The translations under genes were made by a program, and so were the position numbers. A DNA stretch of 64,000 nt from a virus. Under the pieces are notes generated by a model. That model was not told the DNA's origin and did not search any database. It was given only the letters and a program-made list of their open reading frames with translations. Positions 48,641 to 57,140 of the stretch are shown here, one piece after another (the stretch's first letter is position 1; each line of letters begins with the position of its first letter). The DNA is taken from the IMG/VR virus record IMGVR_UViG_3300044994_000320, positions 23,212 through 87,211 of that record. The stretch is one strand, 5' to 3'.

Positions 48641-49561
48641 ATGCTTGACCCGAATTTTTTAATAAAGACGCTTGGGCTTAAAAAAGCGCGAGTCGTCGGT
48701 AAAAATCTTATGGCTTGTTGTCTATTCCATAAAGAGAATGAGCCAAGCATGGGCATCAATTTGTTTAATGGCCGGTGGAACTGTTTTTCGTGTCTTGAAA
48801 AAGGTCGAAAACTCGATACGATTTATTTCAAGCTCAATATGGAGGTTCCGACTACTTACCCCACGACTGACGGGAAGCCTTTCAATCCTGAAGAAGAGCC
48901 TGGTAAAATGGAGGAGGAAGTAGAGCCAGAAATAAACCAGTCTTGGATGGGTTTTCTTATGGCGAACCCAAGCAAGGCCCTAGAGGAACTGCATCTGCTG
49001 GGGAAAAAAGACATAACTTTAGATATGGTCGGTCGATATCGAGTAGGCTATAGCGATAAAAAAGGTTCAATCTTTTTCCCTATTACGGTTCGTGACACCT
49101 TGATTTCATACATGGAGCGAAATAAAGATTGGAAAGAACGGTACCGCATACGCCCCGCAGGCGCTAAAAAAGGCAAACTGCTATTCGGGCTAGATCAAGC
49201 GTATAACTGTAACTACAACGTCTCGCGCCAGAAAAAGATGTGCATTTTAGTAGAAAGCTGCACAGATGCTTTGCAGGTCGCGTCAGCTATAGGGCACCCA
49301 CTTGCCGTAGCTACCTGTGGTGGGTATATATCAGACTACCATGTCGATATGACAATAAAGCATTTCGATGTAATTTATTTGCTCCCACAAAATGATGATG
49401 TTGGGCAAAAGTGGACTCGTGATTTGATCCATAAGCTAAAAAAGAACCCAAGCGTAAAAAAGCTGTGGGGCGCCAGAATGCCTATAAAGTACAAAGACCC
49501 TGGAATGGCCCCTTTCGATGAGATTAAAAAAGCGCTTCGAGAGGCTAAATTTATTCTATAA
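48641..49561 (+). CDS. dnaG: DNA primase (CHC2 Zn finger + TOPRIM)
   Basis: CLFHKE..PS..WNCFSC; LVES..DAL; NDDVG; KDP. Confidence 0.88.
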   Translation: MLDPNFLIKTLGLKKARVVGKNLMACCLFHKENEPSMGINLFNGRWNCFSCLEKGRKLDTIYFKLNMEVPTTYPTTDGKPFNPEEEPGKMEEEVEPEINQSWMGFLMANPSKALEELHLLGKKDITLDMVGRYRVGYSDKKGSIFFPITVRDTLISYMERNKDWKERYRIRPAGAKKGKLLFGLDQAYNCNYNVSRQKKMCILVESCTDALQVASAIGHPLAVATCGGYISDYHVDMTIKHFDVIYLLPQNDDVGQKWTRDLIHKLKKNPSVKKLWGARMPIKYKDPGMAPFDEIKKALREAKFIL

Positions 49562-49612
49562 AATAATACTTTACACAATACCTAAATTAACCAAATTAAC
49601 AAAGGAGCTTAA

Positions 49613-51397
49613 ATGCTAAACATAGAAGAATTGAAACGGGGAGACGCGTCGTTTTACGACACTATTCTCCCGCTACTTCCCTCTCTGTACGTTTCGTTAG
49701 ACTTAGAGTGGGAAATCGAAACAAAGTTTCCAGAGCTTTTTTCGATCGCTTATCGTGTGCCTGAAACGAATCCTGTAGAATGGCGTTCAAGATCTTTCAT
49801 CTATTGCGATGACACCATGCATATTCTTGAAGCCATTCTGCAAAAAAGTCGCGGGTTGGTTTTTCATAACGCCAAAGCGGATTTGGATGTTTTAGAGTGT
49901 AATGGGCATGAAATCGAGTATTTACGAGGGAAAGTCCATGACACGCTTCTTATGGCCCATTTGGTTGATGAGGTTCGCCGAAAAGGGCTAAAAGTGCGTG
50001 CAGAAGATGTCGGTATGACACTAAAAGAACTCGATGAAGTAGATCGAGGCAACATAGAAGAGTACATGAAGTACAACGAAAACGACGCTTTGGCTACGAT
50101 AAAGCTTTTCTACAAATACGGCGCCACGTTAAAAAGAGACGACCTACTTATTGCCTACGAACTTGAACGCATGTGCGTGTATCCGACAATGCGTATGGAG
50201 CAACAGGGCCTATACATCGACCGAGCTAAAACGCTTGAGCTTGAGCGCCTAGCCAATGAACGTATAAAGTTTATTGAAGGAGAGCTCTTCAAAGCTAACG
50301 GCGGCCCATTTAACCCAGCCTCGTCTAAGCAACTGGCCGTTTTTCTTTTTAAGACACTGGGGTTAGCTCAAGATAAGCGTTGGATAACGGACGCTGGTAA
50401 CGTGTCCACTGCGGCTAATGTTTTGGAAGAACTTTATGAGCGTGAGAAAAAAGGGCCTCACGGAGAGATTCTTACGTTGTTAATGGAGTACAGAAAACTT
50501 CGCAAAATTGTGTCTACCTATGTTGGTGAAGCTATTTTGAAGCATGTAGGCGCAGACGGGTTTATTCACGCCAGTTTTAGTCAAGTTGGTACCGTTACAG
50601 GCAGATTCAGCTGTTCCGATCCAAATTTACAGAATCAGCCTAAAGACCCCCTTTTCAAAGATGACCCCGATACGCTTATTCGTAAGCAGTATGTGGCGCC
50701 ACCCGGTAAAAAGATGGTTGTTATCGACTATTCTCAGATCGAACTTCGTGTTATGGCTTACCTCTCTCAAGATAAGCGTATGCTAGAGGTCTATGCCAAT
50801 GACGAAGACCTACACGAGGATATGGCTAAGTTCGCAGGAGTTGAGCGCGATTTTGCTAAGACTCTAAACTTCGGTATGGCCTATGGTCTTGTCGAAAAGA
50901 CTTTTGCGGCAAACACAGGTCTTCCGCTTAAAAAAGTACAAGAAATGTATGCTAAACACGAAGAGCGGTTCCCTGGCTTGTACAAGATGTTCGCAAATAT
51001 CCGGCAGTTTACTCGTGAAACGGGCTATACTATTACGATGAGTGGTCGTCGTCGGCGTATTCCCGAGATATACAGCGATAACTTTGTTGAAAAGGCTCAC
51101 GCTCAACGGCAGGCAGTAAACACTACGATTCAAGGCAGCGCGGGGGATTTAATAAAACTCGCGATGATTAACCTTTACGAAAACACCGATCACAAAGAAG
51201 TTCAAATGGCTGCTCAGATTCATGATGAGCTTCTGTTGTACATCCCCGATGTCGGTAAAGACGAAGAGTACCTCGAAAAGATACAGCACCTTTTCGAGAC
51301 TGCTATGGTCGTAAAGTCTATACGTTTCAAAGCTGAAGGAAAAATCTGCGCGACGTGGGCAGACAAAAACCTTAAAGCACCAAAAGTCGAAGTGTAA
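49613..51397 (+). CDS. polA: DNA polymerase family A (3'-5' exonuclease + polymerase)
   Basis: DLE, FHNAKAD, TGRFSCSDPNLQN, DYSQIELR, AKTLNFG.AYG (Phe at the E. coli 762-equivalent), IQGSAGD, IHDEL. Confidence 0.96.
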   Translation: MLNIEELKRGDASFYDTILPLLPSLYVSLDLEWEIETKFPELFSIAYRVPETNPVEWRSRSFIYCDDTMHILEAILQKSRGLVFHNAKADLDVLECNGHEIEYLRGKVHDTLLMAHLVDEVRRKGLKVRAEDVGMTLKELDEVDRGNIEEYMKYNENDALATIKLFYKYGATLKRDDLLIAYELERMCVYPTMRMEQQGLYIDRAKTLELERLANERIKFIEGELFKANGGPFNPASSKQLAVFLFKTLGLAQDKRWITDAGNVSTAANVLEELYEREKKGPHGEILTLLMEYRKLRKIVSTYVGEAILKHVGADGFIHASFSQVGTVTGRFSCSDPNLQNQPKDPLFKDDPDTLIRKQYVAPPGKKMVVIDYSQIELRVMAYLSQDKRMLEVYANDEDLHEDMAKFAGVERDFAKTLNFGMAYGLVEKTFAANTGLPLKKVQEMYAKHEERFPGLYKMFANIRQFTRETGYTITMSGRRRRIPEIYSDNFVEKAHAQRQAVNTTIQGSAGDLIKLAMINLYENTDHKEVQMAAQIHDELLLYIPDVGKDEEYLEKIQHLFETAMVVKSIRFKAEGKICATWADKNLKAPKVEV

Positions 51398-51403
51398 AAA
51401 AGC

Positions 51404-51450
51404 GCCGAAACTCGGTTGGGAGTTTTTAGGGTTCGATTCCCTATTCGGCA
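51404..51450 (+). ncRNA. anticodon-less tRNA-like structure
   Basis: Acceptor-like stem GCCGAA/TTCGGC + A; D-like hairpin ACTC-GGTTGG-GAGT; canonical T arm TAGGG-TTCGATT-CCCTA. Confidence 0.6.
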
Positions 51451-51508
51451 AAAGCTCGTATAAAAGTCAAAGACTTAAAAGAGCTAAATAATAAGTAGGA
51501 GGTACTCG

Positions 51509-52237
51509 ATGAGTACAGAAGTTACAAGTCTCGATTCAATTTTTGATAAGACTGAGTCGATTCAAGATAAAGCCAAGGATGTCGATGAGCGAAGAAAGAA
51601 CTCCGGAAAAGGCGTTCCGTGGCTATTTTTAGAGGAAGGTGATGAGGCCCTTGTGCGATTTTTGCACCGTGACCCCGTTCTTTACTATTCCCATCGAGTT
51701 TGGGACCCGGACAAAAGCGAAGGCAAAGGCGGATATGTCAATCTTACCTGTACAAAAGCTGCCGGTCGTTGCCCTTTGTGCGAAGTAGGCGAAAAACGTA
51801 GCTATAAAGGTGCGTACCTTGTTTTGCATATAAACAACACCGGTGATGGCGACAAGGTTGTTCCGATGGTCAAGATGCTGATTCGTGGTATTAACGACTT
51901 GCGTATGCTTGAAGCTAAATCGAAAAAGTTCGATCTTACAAAAGTAAACCTCGAAGTGTCGCGTGTCGGTTCCAGCACAGATTCGCGGCTTATACTCGAT
52001 CGCAGTGAGGATACTACAATGCCTGAGTTTGACCGTACCCCAATCGACGGTGCGTCAAACGAAGAGCAGTATGTAGCGTTCCTCAAAAAGAAGCTGAAGC
52101 CAGACATGAAGAAAATGGAGGCCATAGCCGGCACAAAGCGCGGCTCTTCAAAAGGCTCGAACAGCCAGGAATCCGACAAAAAATCGCAAACAAACACCAG
52201 TACGGAATCCGATGATGACGATGACATTCCATTTTAA
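51509..52237 (+). CDS. single-stranded DNA-binding protein (gp32-like, Zn-binding)
   Basis: VRFL, H..C..CPLC ligands, acidic tail DDDDDIPF; AGGAGG SD. Confidence 0.85.
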   Translation: MSTEVTSLDSIFDKTESIQDKAKDVDERRKNSGKGVPWLFLEEGDEALVRFLHRDPVLYYSHRVWDPDKSEGKGGYVNLTCTKAAGRCPLCEVGEKRSYKGAYLVLHINNTGDGDKVVPMVKMLIRGINDLRMLEAKSKKFDLTKVNLEVSRVGSSTDSRLILDRSEDTTMPEFDRTPIDGASNEEQYVAFLKKKLKPDMKKMEAIAGTKRGSSKGSNSQESDKKSQTNTSTESDDDDDIPF

Positions 52238-52247
52238 GGAACACCAA

Positions 52248-52274
52248 GGAGGGCGCTCAGCCCTCCATAATTTT
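52248..52274 (+). terminator. hairpin between ssb and recA
   Basis: GGAGGGC-GCTCA-GCCCTCC followed by ATAATTTT. Confidence 0.45.
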
Positions 52275-52288
52275 AAGGAGAATCGCAA

Positions 52289-53305
52289 ATGCAAAAAGCG
52301 TTTTTAGACGCGCTTGCGAAGCGTTTTGGAAAAGACGTTCTCGTACCGGGCGCAAATTTTGAATCAAACAGTTTTCGTGTATCTACCGGAAGTTTTGGCC
52401 TTGATTGGGCCACGGGTGGAGGATGGCCGAGAGGTAGGTTGAACTTACTCTGCGGTCCGTATTCTTCCGGTAAAAGTTTTCTTGTGTATAAGTCAATCGC
52501 ACAAGTTTCAAAGGAAGGTAAGCAAGTAGCTTGGCTTGATGTAGAAGGGGCTTTCGATACCGATTGGGCTAAAAAGTGCGGCGCAGATGTATCGAATATT
52601 TTAGTAAACCGCGGAGAAACCGCAGAAGAAGTCCTCGATCTATGTGAGGCTCTCGCAGAAAGCGGAGAAGTAAGTGCCATTGTTTTAGATTCCATCGCCG
52701 CCCTTGTTCCAAAAGATGAAAAAGAAGAGTCTCTTGAACAGTGGCAAATGGGTCTCGGTGCAAGGCTATTAAACAAGTCCATGCGAAAATTGCAGTCGGC
52801 GTTAAACAAAGCTTCACGAGGTAAATCAGAACCACCGCTTGTTTTCTTCATTAACCAGTTAAGAATGAAAATAGGCGTAGTGTACGGTAGTCCAGAAACT
52901 CTTCCTTACGGAGAAGGGCAAAAGTATTTTGCACAAGTACGCGCAGATGTTCGCGGCGAAGGTGTCGACGAAGATGGAATGGCGCAAAGTAGGGTTAAGT
53001 TTGAGAAAAACAAGACCGCTCCGCCAAAAAAGGTGTGGTCTGTTCAGTTTTACACCGAAGGCCCAAATGCGGGTAAGCTAAACAGTTCTTTCGACCTAAT
53101 GCGATTCGCCGAAGATTGTGGGCTAATTCAAAGAAACAAAGGTTGGCTTACCGTTGCTGGCAACGCTAAAAATTTTCGCGAAAAAGACATCTTTGAGATG
53201 TTTGTGAACGATACTACGTTTCGTGAAGAAGTAATAGCACTCGCTACGTCCTCTTGGCCTACAGGTCTATTGCGCCACCCAGCAAGCACTTATGAGTGGC
53301 TTTGA
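52289..53305 (+). CDS. recA: RecA/UvsX recombinase
   Basis: STGSFGLD..GGG.PRGR, GPYSSGKS, DSIAALVP..E, FINQLR.KIGV.YGSPET, KNKTAPP. Confidence 0.95.
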   Translation: MQKAFLDALAKRFGKDVLVPGANFESNSFRVSTGSFGLDWATGGGWPRGRLNLLCGPYSSGKSFLVYKSIAQVSKEGKQVAWLDVEGAFDTDWAKKCGADVSNILVNRGETAEEVLDLCEALAESGEVSAIVLDSIAALVPKDEKEESLEQWQMGLGARLLNKSMRKLQSALNKASRGKSEPPLVFFINQLRMKIGVVYGSPETLPYGEGQKYFAQVRADVRGEGVDEDGMAQSRVKFEKNKTAPPKKVWSVQFYTEGPNAGKLNSSFDLMRFAEDCGLIQRNKGWLTVAGNAKNFREKDIFEMFVNDTTFREEVIALATSSWPTGLLRHPASTYEWL

Positions 53306-53669
53306 CGAAAGTCGTTTACCTAAGTGGCTCCGTAAATCCACGGAGCCAACGTCAGTAAAAAAGAAGTCGCAAAAAGCCGAAAGAGTTTTAGCAAAAGCGT
53401 TATCTATGCGCGCGACCCCAGGATCGGGCAATAAGTTTTTGCACCCAGGCGACATTGCCGGTAAAGGTTTTCGTATTGAGCACAAGATGACGGAAAAAAG
53501 CTCTATTTCAATTAAAGGGGAATGGCTCGATAAAATTCGCCAAGAAGCGATTAGCAAAGGAGATATACCGGCTCTTGCATTAAAAATCGGTGAACGAGAA
53601 GAATGGGTTATGATAGACCTCGAAAGATTCAAGCTGCTTATTGCTTTTATTGATACCTTGGAGGATTAA
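53292..53669 (+). CDS. Hjc-like PD-(D/E)XK Holliday junction resolvase
   Basis: E..AK..TPGSG..PGD..IEHK..WL.KI..EA. Confidence 0.75.
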   Translation: MSGFDESRLPKWLRKSTEPTSVKKKSQKAERVLAKALSMRATPGSGNKFLHPGDIAGKGFRIEHKMTEKSSISIKGEWLDKIRQEAISKGDIPALALKIGEREEWVMIDLERFKLLIAFIDTLED

Positions 53670-54161
53670 ATGCGAAAGCAAAAGATCGCAGGTAAAGATG
53701 TGACCTTTTATTCGTTAAGCCAATTTGCGCACCTTTTAGGTAAAAAGCCCCTTACTTTGCGTCGTTGGATAAAAGCCGGCATTATGCCGCCTGCTTTTTT
53801 TGTGCGCAATTTTCACAGTAACTTGGCAAAAGAAACAAAGCAAGCGTACCTTTTTAGCGAGCAAGAAGTAAACGCTTTCCTCGCTATTAAAGATAAATGG
53901 CGGCTGAGCCATTATCGAAATGTTCCTAAAGGGTTCAAAGAAGAGTTGCAAAAAGTCTGGGACATCATTCGTCAGGAAATAGTCGAAGGAAAACAACGCC
54001 CCATAGAAGACGAAGTCGGCTTTATAGTTCGTTTCAATAACAGGCAAGAAGCGGAGCTAACGCTACAAAAAATTTTGAAAAAGAATTACACCATAAACAT
54101 GAGTATCACGGAAATTTCTGCTATGCTTGTGCGTGAGTTGATTGCTATAAGGCATTCTTAG
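53670..54161 (+). CDS. MerR-like HTH protein
   Basis: QFAHLLGKKPLTLRRWIKAGIMP. Confidence 0.7.
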   Translation: MRKQKIAGKDVTFYSLSQFAHLLGKKPLTLRRWIKAGIMPPAFFVRNFHSNLAKETKQAYLFSEQEVNAFLAIKDKWRLSHYRNVPKGFKEELQKVWDIIRQEIVEGKQRPIEDEVGFIVRFNNRQEAELTLQKILKKNYTINMSITEISAMLVRELIAIRHS

Positions 54162-54169
54162 GAGGTTCT

Positions 54170-54325
54170 ATGAAATCAGAGATTAAGATTGGTGTAAAGC
54201 TATGCGTATTCGTTTTCGCTATAGCTCTTTACTATGTCGGAGTTGTCGAATTTCATAAAGTTAAAGAGCTTATCGGAATCGCGATTATTGTCGGTCTTGC
54301 TCTTCCGACAGTTTTTCGTAAATAA
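54170..54325 (+). CDS. small membrane protein (not in ORF track)
   Basis: 51 aa MKSEIKIGVKLCVFVFAIALYY..., two hydrophobic stretches; GGAGG SD. Confidence 0.6.
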   Translation: MKSEIKIGVKLCVFVFAIALYYVGVVEFHKVKELIGIAIIVGLALPTVFRK

Positions 54326-54344
54326 TTGAGCAAAGGAGAAAAAA

Positions 54345-54509
54345 GTGAAGAAGACCACAAAAAAGACCACAAAAAAGACCACAAAAAAGGCTGCGCCCAA
54401 GAAAACAGCTAAGAAAAAAGCCGCGAATAAAAAAGCGGTGAAGAAAATAAGCACGCGTGCAAAGAGTCTAGAAACCCCGGCAATGCAAAAACCCGAGGCA
54501 GTAATCTAA
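54345..54509 (+). CDS. histone H1-like Lys-rich protein (not in ORF track)
   Basis: GTG start, AAGGAG SD; MKKTTKKTTKKTTKKAAPKKTAKKKAANKKAVKK...; TAATG overlap with next gene; 12-bp unit AAGACCACAAAA x3. Confidence 0.75.
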   Translation: MKKTTKKTTKKTTKKAAPKKTAKKKAANKKAVKKISTRAKSLETPAMQKPEAVI

Positions 54510-54724
54510 TGGCTAAGGTTACAGAGGTTGGTGTTACGTTGGGTATGACTCTCAATATCGGAAACTTCGAGAGCATGCGTATAGACGCGGAATGCAAGAT
54601 GATGTTGGAGCCCGAGGATACCCCAGAGAGTGCGTACTCTGCGGCTTGGGCTCATGTGCAAAATCAAATTCGCGAACACGCGAAAGTTATCCGCGAAAAA
54701 CAGAAAAAGACGACAAAGGAGTAA
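54509..54724 (+). CDS. conserved-type phage hypothetical protein
   Basis: TLNIGNFESMRID motif seen in small phage proteins. Confidence 0.65.
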   Translation: MAKVTEVGVTLGMTLNIGNFESMRIDAECKMMLEPEDTPESAYSAAWAHVQNQIREHAKVIREKQKKTTKE

Positions 54725-54727
54725 ACT

Positions 54728-55654
54728 GTGGGGCTGCAAGACTTAATGGACGAAATTTCTCTTACAGGTATCGCGGAGACGCAAAAAGAAAGGCAAACAA
54801 TCGTTAAGCCTCTAGAAGAATACCTGTGGCGACTTAACTTTAGTAAAGCTTATGAAGAGCAGCAGTATGGTGGCGTTGTCGAACGAGGCTTTCACCCATC
54901 AGGTCTTGTTAACTCCGAGTGCTGGCGCCAGCTCGCTCTGGAATTTTTAGAGTGCCCAAAGGTAGACGGAGAGTGGGAAATCCCACACCTCACCCGCCGC
55001 GTTTTTGATAACGGGCATAGCGTTCACGAACGTTTGCAGGGGTACTTACAAGGCATTTCAAAGATTCCAGAGCTAGGCGTCGTATTAAAGGGTACTTGGA
55101 AGTGCCGTAGCTGTGGTAAGTACCACGGCGATAATTCTACAGGCCCTATTGTTGAGCCTGAAGTTTGCGAGTGCTCGTGCAAGTCGTTTAAGTACAAAGA
55201 GTGGCGATTGCGTCACAAAGAATTGCGTATCACGGGTAAAACCGATGGTATTTTACAATTCGCCTTTGACAAAAGCCATGTACTTTTGGAAATCAAGAGC
55301 ATAAACACTTTTAGTTTCCAAAATTTGCGCGGAGTTTTAGATGAACACAAGGTGCAGATTAACTTGTACATGTGGTTATCAGGCATTCATCGAGCGCTTT
55401 TTATCTACGAAGATAAGAATAACCAACGTATTCAAGAGTATTCAGTCGATTTTGACTCTAATGTCATCGCGCCGATAATAAAGCAACTCGAAGAGGTAAA
55501 CGCTTTGCTCGATAAAGGACTACTTCCGGATGTGTTGCCAAATAAAAACGCGCAAAAAGCAAAAGATCGAAATAAAGTCTGTAAGCAGTGTGTTTTTAGG
55601 GATCACTGTGAGACTTTCGAAATTCCAGATTGGTTTAAGGAGACCTTAAAATGA
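54728..55654 (+). CDS. Cas4-like PD-(D/E)XK exonuclease
   Basis: HPS..C.R, G..VH, GKTDG..LEIKS, Q..LYM, C-terminal CKQC....HC (Fe-S staple pattern). Confidence 0.82.
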   Translation: MGLQDLMDEISLTGIAETQKERQTIVKPLEEYLWRLNFSKAYEEQQYGGVVERGFHPSGLVNSECWRQLALEFLECPKVDGEWEIPHLTRRVFDNGHSVHERLQGYLQGISKIPELGVVLKGTWKCRSCGKYHGDNSTGPIVEPEVCECSCKSFKYKEWRLRHKELRITGKTDGILQFAFDKSHVLLEIKSINTFSFQNLRGVLDEHKVQINLYMWLSGIHRALFIYEDKNNQRIQEYSVDFDSNVIAPIIKQLEEVNALLDKGLLPDVLPNKNAQKAKDRNKVCKQCVFRDHCETFEIPDWFKETLK

Positions 55655-56820
55655 AAAAAGAAACGCAAACAGAACTGAAAGTAAATCAGAAAACTACTCT
55701 TGTTGATGAAGCGCGGTTAAACGCCGCAAAAGAAAATTACCTACAGTTTTTTAAGGGCATAAAAGAATGCCTTATTGGAAGAGACATAGAGATCGCTGCA
55801 ATAGCCACCGCTATTTGCATGAAAGAGCATGTCCTGCTTAAAGGACCGCCTGGTGAAGCCAAGTCTATGGTTTCAAAGCTTGTGTTCGAGAATATCCAAG
55901 GAGCGACCATGTTCAAAGCACAGCTTAGCCGTTATACCTCAGAAGACTTACTTTTTGGCCCACCAGATTTTGAAGAAATTAAAAAAGGGCGCTTAGTAAG
56001 AAACATCCAAAACTCGATGCTTACTGCCAATTTTGTGTTCTTAGATGAAATCTTGAACGCTTCTTTGGAGCTTATCTGCTCTATGAATGAGGTGTTAAAC
56101 GAGCGGTCGTTTACACGTAACGCTCAGCAAGTATCTTGTCCTCTTGTAAGCGCCGTTATGACAACAAATGAGCGAAAAGAAAAGCATAGCGAGTATGCGG
56201 CATTCTATGACCGTGTTTTGTTTAACATAGAGGTCTCTCCGTTGAGCTACGAAGATATGGAGAAAGTCCTTTTAGGCGCTTACAGCAAAAATCCCCCCAA
56301 AATAGCTTTCGAGGATATTCAGCTTGTGGTAGAGAACTTCGACCCTTCGAGTATCACGCTCCCACCTATGTTCGTAAAAGACTTTATCGAGGTTATGCAA
56401 GATTTAGCTCGATGCATGGGTCGTACGTCATTTTCTACTCGTACCGCGCAGAAAATTATGACGCTTCTTAAATGCAGCGCATACATGAATATGCGTTCTC
56501 GTGTATCCGCTCAAGACCTCGATATTTTAGGTCTCTTGTCGGAAAAGCCAGAAGAAAAAGATCGCATAGAAGAGTTGTTTCGTGACATTAAAAAGAAAAC
56601 TTACTTTATCGACGACTCAAAAGTTCGTGCGGTTTTTGATAAGATAAAATCTAATTCATCGCAGTCTATCTCTGATAAATCAAAAATGCTTGGAAAACTG
56701 CAAATAGACGCCGCCAAAGCTGGATTTTCAAGTCTAAGTAAAGAAATCTTGGAGTACGAAAAAACGCTAACGGCGCAAGCTAAGAGTCTTGAAGACTTCA
56801 CTATCGGGAAAGGTCAATGA
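55651..56820 (+). CDS. MoxR/RavA-type AAA+ ATPase
   Basis: GPPGEAKS, LFGP, FLDEI, LNER.F, TNE, AFYDR. Confidence 0.88.
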   Translation: MKKETQTELKVNQKTTLVDEARLNAAKENYLQFFKGIKECLIGRDIEIAAIATAICMKEHVLLKGPPGEAKSMVSKLVFENIQGATMFKAQLSRYTSEDLLFGPPDFEEIKKGRLVRNIQNSMLTANFVFLDEILNASLELICSMNEVLNERSFTRNAQQVSCPLVSAVMTTNERKEKHSEYAAFYDRVLFNIEVSPLSYEDMEKVLLGAYSKNPPKIAFEDIQLVVENFDPSSITLPPMFVKDFIEVMQDLARCMGRTSFSTRTAQKIMTLLKCSAYMNMRSRVSAQDLDILGLLSEKPEEKDRIEELFRDIKKKTYFIDDSKVRAVFDKIKSNSSQSISDKSKMLGKLQIDAAKAGFSSLSKEILEYEKTLTAQAKSLEDFTIGKGQ

Positions 56821-57140
56821 CTGAAGCTAAGATAAAGGTACTCTATCAAGGTTCCTTACTTGAAAAGTACGTTGATGACGCCGAAAGCCTTTTTAATACT
56901 GCAGGTGTCGATTTTGCTTCTATAAAGGCTGTGCACTTCGGCGATATAGTGCCTCCGCCAGAGTATATACAAGCTCTTGGTCAAACAATCGACAACAAGA
57001 TTATCGTTCTTACGAAACTGGATAAAAAATGCGCGGTTTCGACCGTAAAGGTAGGAGCCGAAATCAAAAGGCTAAAATACGTTTTGTACATAGGCCCGAT
57101 GTTTTTTGCTGTTAACGAATTCAAACGGAGGATTCCATGA
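56817..57140 (+). CDS. hypothetical protein
   Basis: ATGA-coupled on both sides between AAA+ and VWA genes. Confidence 0.6.
   Translation: MTEAKIKVLYQGSLLEKYVDDAESLFNTAGVDFASIKAVHFGDIVPPPEYIQALGQTIDNKIIVLTKLDKKCAVSTVKVGAEIKRLKYVLYIGPMFFAVNEFKRRIP

Noticed and set aside
13219-49576. TTTACA recurring in several intergenic gaps (near 13219, 16820, 40267, 49570) as a -35 promoter element
   Set aside because: No convincing -10 box at 16-18 bp spacing; short AT-rich word
51404-51450. Canonical tRNA gene or attP of a temperate phage
   Set aside because: No anticodon arm and only 47 nt; no integrase in the window. Kept as a tRNA-like element
2752-53305. Inteins or introns in terL, dnaB, polA and recA
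   Set aside because: Lengths and motif spacing are normal; no splice-junction or homing-endonuclease signatures seen
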